DNA of 64,000 bases from Candidatus Bathyarchaeia archaeon (GTDB lineage Archaea > Thermoproteota > Bathyarchaeia > 40CM-2-53-6), in contig JBEKFP010000001.1 in assembly GCA_050013255.1 (NCBI GenBank), positions 992,001-1,056,000 on the forward strand, given 5' to 3'. Positions 59,099 through 64,000 of this stretch are shown one piece after another. The translations under genes and the position numbers were made by a program. Within the stretch, counting starts at the first letter, position 1. Every line of letters starts with the position of its first letter. Below the pieces are notes generated by a model, which was given only the letters and a program-made list of their open reading frames with translations, ran no database searches and was not told the origin of the DNA.

Positions 59099-59608
59099 TC
59101 AGATCTCCACTGCGAGGCTCTGGCTGACAACAGTGTGTGCTATTACGGAAGTAGAATCGATGACTCCGCGGATTTTGAAGGCTTCGTAGATGAGGTCGCG
59201 TACTGCGGTTGCGTTCTTCGCTCTTCCTATGATCATGATGTCGTGGTCTCCGAAGGTTTGAAAAACCGATTGGACACCATGCAACCGCGCAATCTTTCTG
59301 GCGATCAAAGCCTCACTCTTGCCTTTCGGTCCTATCTTCAGAGAAGTGATGAAGAGCGTATCCTGTCCCATGCTCGTCGGGTTGATTTTAGCATGGAAAC
59401 CTTCAATGACGCCCCTGTCTACTAGTCGCTTTACACGATAGGATATCGCCACCTTGCTGAGTTTTCCGATTCTCTCCGCAATTTCCTTCATAGACGTGCG
59501 GCCGTCGCGTTGCAGGATTCTCAGTATTTTGCGATCAATCTCATCTAAATCATGCAATTTCGTCCGCCTTACATCTTTTGATGCCAGAGATAAATATGTG
59601 CGGTCCAA
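59099..59608 (-). CDS. Lrp/AsnC-family transcriptional regulator
   Basis: LDEIDRKILRILQRDGR...RVKRL...GVI, GDHD. Confidence 0.92.
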   Translation of the reverse strand: MDRTYLSLASKDVRRTKLHDLDEIDRKILRILQRDGRTSMKEIAERIGKLSKVAISYRVKRLVDRGVIEGFHAKINPTSMGQDTLFITSLKIGPKGKSEALIARKIARLHGVQSVFQTFGDHDIMIIGRAKNATAVRDLIYEAFKIRGVIDSTSVIAHTVVSQSLAVEI

Positions 59609-60189
59609 ATCCCGAATGTTGATGAACGAGTCTCAGGCATCTCGCTTCAAGTTACACTCATGTTTAGAGTTTGGTCTGTGGATTAGGTTGATTTGCTGCC
59701 GCCCCCAAGCATTAAATCCTGAATACTAGAACCGAAGTGATAAGTTGAAAAACATTCTAGACTTTCAATTATTGCTGTTTACAGAATTCTCTACCGTGCT
59801 TGTGAGGTGGCTGATGTCGGCCTCTGTGTGAGCGTGGACACCATGCGTGTTTTGCACGCACCATCTATAGTCAATGGTCCTCAGGAGGAGTTCGGAAACG
59901 TCCGGCGCTCTTTCATAATGGAACTGCATAGAACTCTCAATGGCATAGGGAGTTCAAAATGTGATTCCATGACCCCTGACGAATTCTCTAAACTATCGCA
60001 CAGTCGTGTCACGACTCTTCCGAAGAGAACCCACCCTGCAACTTATCAAGGCTCCACCTAACGCCCTTACGCATGGGAACTTTTCACGCCCACGTTCTGC
60101 GAAGCCGGTCCTACAGACGGAACCACATCAAAACATTCACCGCTTATCATCCCAAGAAGAAAAATTGACTATCATTTTCGTAATGGTCG

Positions 60190-61266
60190 CTATTCGCCCC
60201 AAACCTTCTCAAAGACTCTCAGAAAGTTTTCTCCCATGACTTTCGCCACGTCCTGATCAGAGTAGCCCCTTGACAACAGGGCATCGGTGATTATCGACAT
60301 TCTCGAAACGCTCTTCAACCAAGGCATTTGCAATTCGTACTGGTATAGGCGTTCTCGACCAGATTTCAAGAAGTCATCTTCGACTTTTCGGAACTTCTCC
60401 GAGGTCAATCCAGGGAATCTCATCCTGTGCTCCAAGACTTGTTCAGGTGTGCTGTAATGATCTTCCCCCAAATCCGATCCGATGCCAACGTGATCTATTC
60501 CTACAAGGTTGACAACGTAATCAACATGGTCGATGAGGTCATTTACCCCCAGCTCATCAGGCCCTTTATCAGTTCGCAGAAACATACCTTCGGGGCATAA
60601 ACCTATGACGCCTGCCTTTTCGGCACACATTTTTATCTGTTCATCTTTAATGTTTCTTGGATGGTCACAAAGAGCCTTCGCATTGGAATGGTCGAAAACG
60701 ACAGGAGCCTTAGAGATCTCCATGACCTCCATGCTGGTCTTGTGGCCGACGTGCGATAGCGATATTAGCATTCTGAGTTCGTTCATTTTTTCTACCCAAT
60801 CGATCCCTAAACGACTCAGCCCGGTGTCTGTGCTTTCCCCGCATCCGTCTCCAAATTGGTTTCGTCTTTGGTAAGTAGGCTGCATCGTCCTCATCCCTAG
60901 TCTCTTAAGCAAATCCAAGGTTGAGAGGTCATCCCCAAGGAATGCTGCGGACTGAGAACCGAGCACGGCGACCACACCACCATTCTTCTTCGCCTCTCTG
61001 ATGTCTTTCACTGTAGTTGCAAGTTTCATTCCGGTAGGTTCCAACTTCTTCAGGTTGCGGAACCAATCGGTCAGTTCTCTGATCGCTCGCATTGCGTCAA
61101 AACGCTCAACGCCGGGTATTGTTATGTGGGTTGCCGTAACTCCGCCTTCCTTGAGCCTTCTCACATATTCCGCATTGAATTCGGCAGGTTGATCAACTCC
61201 GCTCAGCCCGTCGACAATAAGCATTCTTTCATGAAGTTCCTTGGTTCTAGCATTTTGCCTTGCCAT
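60190..61266 (-). CDS. M19 membrane-dipeptidase-family protein
   Basis: GLSRLG, LSHVG, HSNA.ALCDHPRN, HVGIGSD, KVMGEN.LRV. Confidence 0.88.
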   Translation of the reverse strand: MARQNARTKELHERMLIVDGLSGVDQPAEFNAEYVRRLKEGGVTATHITIPGVERFDAMRAIRELTDWFRNLKKLEPTGMKLATTVKDIREAKKNGGVVAVLGSQSAAFLGDDLSTLDLLKRLGMRTMQPTYQRRNQFGDGCGESTDTGLSRLGIDWVEKMNELRMLISLSHVGHKTSMEVMEISKAPVVFDHSNAKALCDHPRNIKDEQIKMCAEKAGVIGLCPEGMFLRTDKGPDELGVNDLIDHVDYVVNLVGIDHVGIGSDLGEDHYSTPEQVLEHRMRFPGLTSEKFRKVEDDFLKSGRERLYQYELQMPWLKSVSRMSIITDALLSRGYSDQDVAKVMGENFLRVFEKVWGE

Positions 61267-61595
61267 ACAGAATCGCTCTCGAAACCCATCGCGTAAAGTA
61301 ATTTAAGATTATCAGCTGGTTTTGTAAACTGAATCTGCGTGACTCAATATACAATGGTCGTAATAGAAGGTTCAAGCGTTTTGCGAGAAAATTCACGTCG
61401 TCCCTTTTTAGACCAATAAGTGGAACGCAGCGTGATTAGAGCAGTCGAGGATTAACCTCCGTGCCTCCCTAACAAATTCGCGAATAAGCGGGCAGAACTT
61501 GAAGACTACCTCTTACTAACTGTCAGTCTTACGAAGAGACCTTTGGGCTCATTCGTCTTGCTGGTTTCTTCCAAATTGACTGCGAAAAGCCCCTT

Positions 61596-62630
61596 CTAAT
61601 TCGGCTCATTCTGTATCAGGGATGTGTGTGAATCTGCTTGAAGATCTTCTGCATAATGGCAGGCAACATGATGGCCCTTCTTTAGTTCTCTCAATTCAGG
61701 CTCTTTTTCTTTGCAGAGGGTGGTGGCATACGGGCATCTGGGATGAAATCTGCAGCCTGAGGGGATTTCGACAGCGTTAGGGATTTCCCCGCCAATCACA
61801 TCTGGTAGGTCTTTGTAGGTTCTTCGCTCCGCATCCAGGGTTGGAATGGCCATTCTCAGAGCTTGTGAGTATGGATGAAGAGGACGACCTAAGACTTCGT
61901 GAGATTGTCCGATTTCAACGATTTTGCCGAGATACATTACAGCAACTCGGTTGCACGTAAATTTCGAGATGGCCAGATCATGTGTAACGAATAGATAGGT
62001 GAGACCCATCTTTTCCCTTAACCTTAACAGCAGTTTCAGGATGCCAGCCCGAATCGATACGTCGAGCATCGAAACGGGTTCATCGGCAAAAATAAAGTCT
62101 GGTTCGAGGATGAGAGCTCTGGCGATCGCAACCCTCTGCAATTGTCCGCCACTTAATTCAAACGGGTGTTTCTGAAGAAACTCTTCTGGTTCGGCTATGT
62201 CGACTTCGGAAAGAATTTCCCTTATTTTTTTGTGCATCTCTGCCTCAGTACTCGCTAAATTGTGAATTTTTAGCGGCTCGGAGAGAAGCTGGAATATTGA
62301 AAGTCGGGACTCCAATGATTCATAAGGGTTTTGGAATATGACTTGCATTGCGCGGCGCAGTTCTTTCTGATTGCGAGTTAGAGAAGAGATTTCTTGATTC
62401 TTATAGTAGATGCTGCCTCCCGTCTTGTTTTCCAGAGCGAGAATTAACCTGCCCGTTGTTGTTTTTCCACAACCACTCTCTCCAACCAGACCAAAAATCT
62501 CACCTTTGGCTATGCTGAAATCGACCCCGTCGACTGCTCTTACCCAATTCCCAGCGCTTCGTTCCAGGAGTCGCTTTCTCGCAGGGAACCATTTTTTCAG
62601 TTGCTCAACGCGTATGATGAGGTCTTCCAT
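61596..62630 (-). CDS. oppF: Oligo/dipeptide ABC transporter ATPase
   Basis: GESGCGKT, LSGGQLQR, DEPVSMLD, GCRFHPRC...ACH. Confidence 0.9.
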   Translation of the reverse strand: MEDLIIRVEQLKKWFPARKRLLERSAGNWVRAVDGVDFSIAKGEIFGLVGESGCGKTTTGRLILALENKTGGSIYYKNQEISSLTRNQKELRRAMQVIFQNPYESLESRLSIFQLLSEPLKIHNLASTEAEMHKKIREILSEVDIAEPEEFLQKHPFELSGGQLQRVAIARALILEPDFIFADEPVSMLDVSIRAGILKLLLRLREKMGLTYLFVTHDLAISKFTCNRVAVMYLGKIVEIGQSHEVLGRPLHPYSQALRMAIPTLDAERRTYKDLPDVIGGEIPNAVEIPSGCRFHPRCPYATTLCKEKEPELRELKKGHHVACHYAEDLQADSHTSLIQNEPN

Positions 62631-63609
62631 GTTCCCATGCTCCGCCTGCTTCGTGCAGATGGCAGGCGACGAAATGACCCTTTTCGGCCTCTTTCCAAGT
62701 CGGCGTTACTTCCTTGCATTTTGTCCATGCGTATTTACATCTAGGGTGGAAAACGCATCCGGTTGGTGGATTCCTCATGTCAGGGGGATCGCCAGGTATC
62801 GACTCAAAGGACATCCTTGCTCCGTCAATGTTTGGAAATGCATTCACAAAGTCTATGGTGTATGGATGCAATGGGTTCTTTATGATCTCATTCGTCGTCC
62901 CGTACTCCATCATTTTTCCGCCGTATACTACGAGAATCTTATCCGAGATTCCAGCGACTACTGACAAATCATGGCTGATGAACATAATTGATAAAGACTT
63001 TAGATTACTTTTCAGGTTATCCATTAGTTTCAGTATTTGTGCCTGCACGATTACGTCCAGAGCCGTTGTGGGTTCGTCTGCGATTACGAGTTTTGGGTTG
63101 CAAATCAGTGCCATCGCGATCATAGCGCGTTGCCTCATTCCACCACTCAATTCGTGCGGGTAGTTTTTAAATCGCGAAGATTCTAGGCTTACTTCTTTGA
63201 AAATCTCTTTCGCCCTTTCCATTGCACCCTCTTGTGGGATATCTTCATGCACTGAAATGGCCTCGACGATTTGATCTCCAATCCTCATCAAAGGGTCGAA
63301 GGAACTCATAGCTGATTGTGTAACCATCGCGATTTCTTTCCATCTGATCTTCCTCATCTCTTCACGGTCGAGTGCAAGCAAACTGCGGCCGTCAAGCCTG
63401 ATGTCGCCATTGACAATCCTACCCGGATTGGGCAAGGCTCTTAGAACGGACCAACCTATGGTTGATTTGCCTGAACCCGATTCACCTATAATACCAAGGG
63501 CCTCAGCCTTTGCGATTTCAAAGCTTACGCTATCGATTGCCTTTACGATAAAAGATGGCAAATAGTAGTAGGATCTGAGATCGCTAACTTTCAAGAGGGA
63601 TTCAGCCAT
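62605..63609 (-). CDS. oppD: Oligo/dipeptide ABC transporter ATPase (true start ATG 63609)
   Basis: GESGSGKS, YPHELSGGMRQR, DEPTTALD, GCVFHPRC. TGATG coupling to the upstream permease. Confidence 0.9.
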   Translation of the reverse strand: MAESLLKVSDLRSYYYLPSFIVKAIDSVSFEIAKAEALGIIGESGSGKSTIGWSVLRALPNPGRIVNGDIRLDGRSLLALDREEMRKIRWKEIAMVTQSAMSSFDPLMRIGDQIVEAISVHEDIPQEGAMERAKEIFKEVSLESSRFKNYPHELSGGMRQRAMIAMALICNPKLVIADEPTTALDVIVQAQILKLMDNLKSNLKSLSIMFISHDLSVVAGISDKILVVYGGKMMEYGTTNEIIKNPLHPYTIDFVNAFPNIDGARMSFESIPGDPPDMRNPPTGCVFHPRCKYAWTKCKEVTPTWKEAEKGHFVACHLHEAGGAWEHGRPHHTR

Positions 63610-64000
63610 CAGAATTTTTCCTTCTGCTTGGTTGAAGCTGACCTGAATACCTCGTCCAGGCCTTGGCCGAGAAGGGTGAACCCTAACACGCTCATGACTA
63701 TCATTAACCCCGGAAAGGTGGAAGGCCACCATGCACCAGAAGTTATGAAGTCTCTTCCTCGGCCGAGATCTGTTCCCCATTCGGGTGTTGGGGGAGGTAG
63801 TCCCAATCCTAGAAATCCAAGACCGGCAACATCTACAACTCCGGAACCCATGTTTAGGGTCATTAGTGCGATTATTGATGGGATTGCGTAGGGTATCATG
63901 TGGTGGAAAATGAGGGTACCGTACCCTGCCCCGATTGCTCGAGTTGATTCGATGAATGGTCTTTCCTTGATGGACAGAATTATGCCTCTGACGACTCTGA
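63609..64000 (-). CDS. oppC: Oligo/dipeptide ABC transporter permease, 3' part
   Basis: FIESTRAIGA (EAA loop), LGFLGLG.PPP.PEWG, WWPSTFPG, LLGQGL. Confidence 0.88.
   Translation of the reverse strand, partial: RVVRGIILSIKERPFIESTRAIGAGYGTLIFHHMIPYAIPSIIALMTLNMGSGVVDVAGLGFLGLGLPPPTPEWGTDLGRGRDFITSGAWWPSTFPGLMIVMSVLGFTLLGQGLDEVFRSASTKQKEKF

Noticed and set aside
59609-60189. ORFs 59807-60061 and 60006-60239, and an imperfect palindrome near 59740-59770
   Set aside because: No recognisable protein features, and the palindrome is too degenerate to call an Lrp site.
1-64000. The many 60-190 aa ORFs antisense to or overlapping long genes
   Set aside because: No recognisable motifs; they are antisense or alternative-frame shadows of well-supported CDSs.
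1-64000. tRNA, rRNA, CRISPR array, transposase, integrase or prophage
   Set aside because: No such sequences, repeat-spacer periodicity or mobile-element proteins were seen by eye. A covariance-model scan was not possible.

Overview
64 kb of gene-dense prokaryotic DNA that reads as archaeal: BRE/TATA-type promoters, GGTGA/GAGG-type ribosome-binding sites and many TTG/GTG starts. It is possibly Bathyarchaeia or a related Thermoproteota lineage, which is inference only. The window is almost entirely transporters and catabolic enzymes for nitrogen-rich small molecules: BMP-type nucleoside ABC, ECF and Opp/Dpp ABC transporters, three APC permeases, amidohydrolases, deacylases, PLP enzymes, two transcarbamylases and a carbamate kinase. 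I saw no rRNA, tRNA, CRISPR array or intact IS/integrase. The most striking unexplained structure is a module of APC permease + Pol-beta-fold nucleotidyltransferase-like protein + Icc-like metallophosphoesterase. It occurs as three divergent paralogous copies with different gene orientations: 1-2357 (partial, cut by the window edge), 28416-32455 and 46349-50234. This looks like a transporter coupled to a nucleotide writer/eraser pair. The second candidate system is a cluster at 2.4-15.2 kb with two YgeW-like carbamoyltransferases around a carbamate kinase, which may be an archaeal variant of anaerobic purine/ureide fermentation. Several gene relics missed by the ORF track were also found (hemL fused to a frameshifted Mrr-like nuclease, a DSD1 stub and a second hemL-like stub). 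All family assignments come from recognising motifs by eye, not from database searches.
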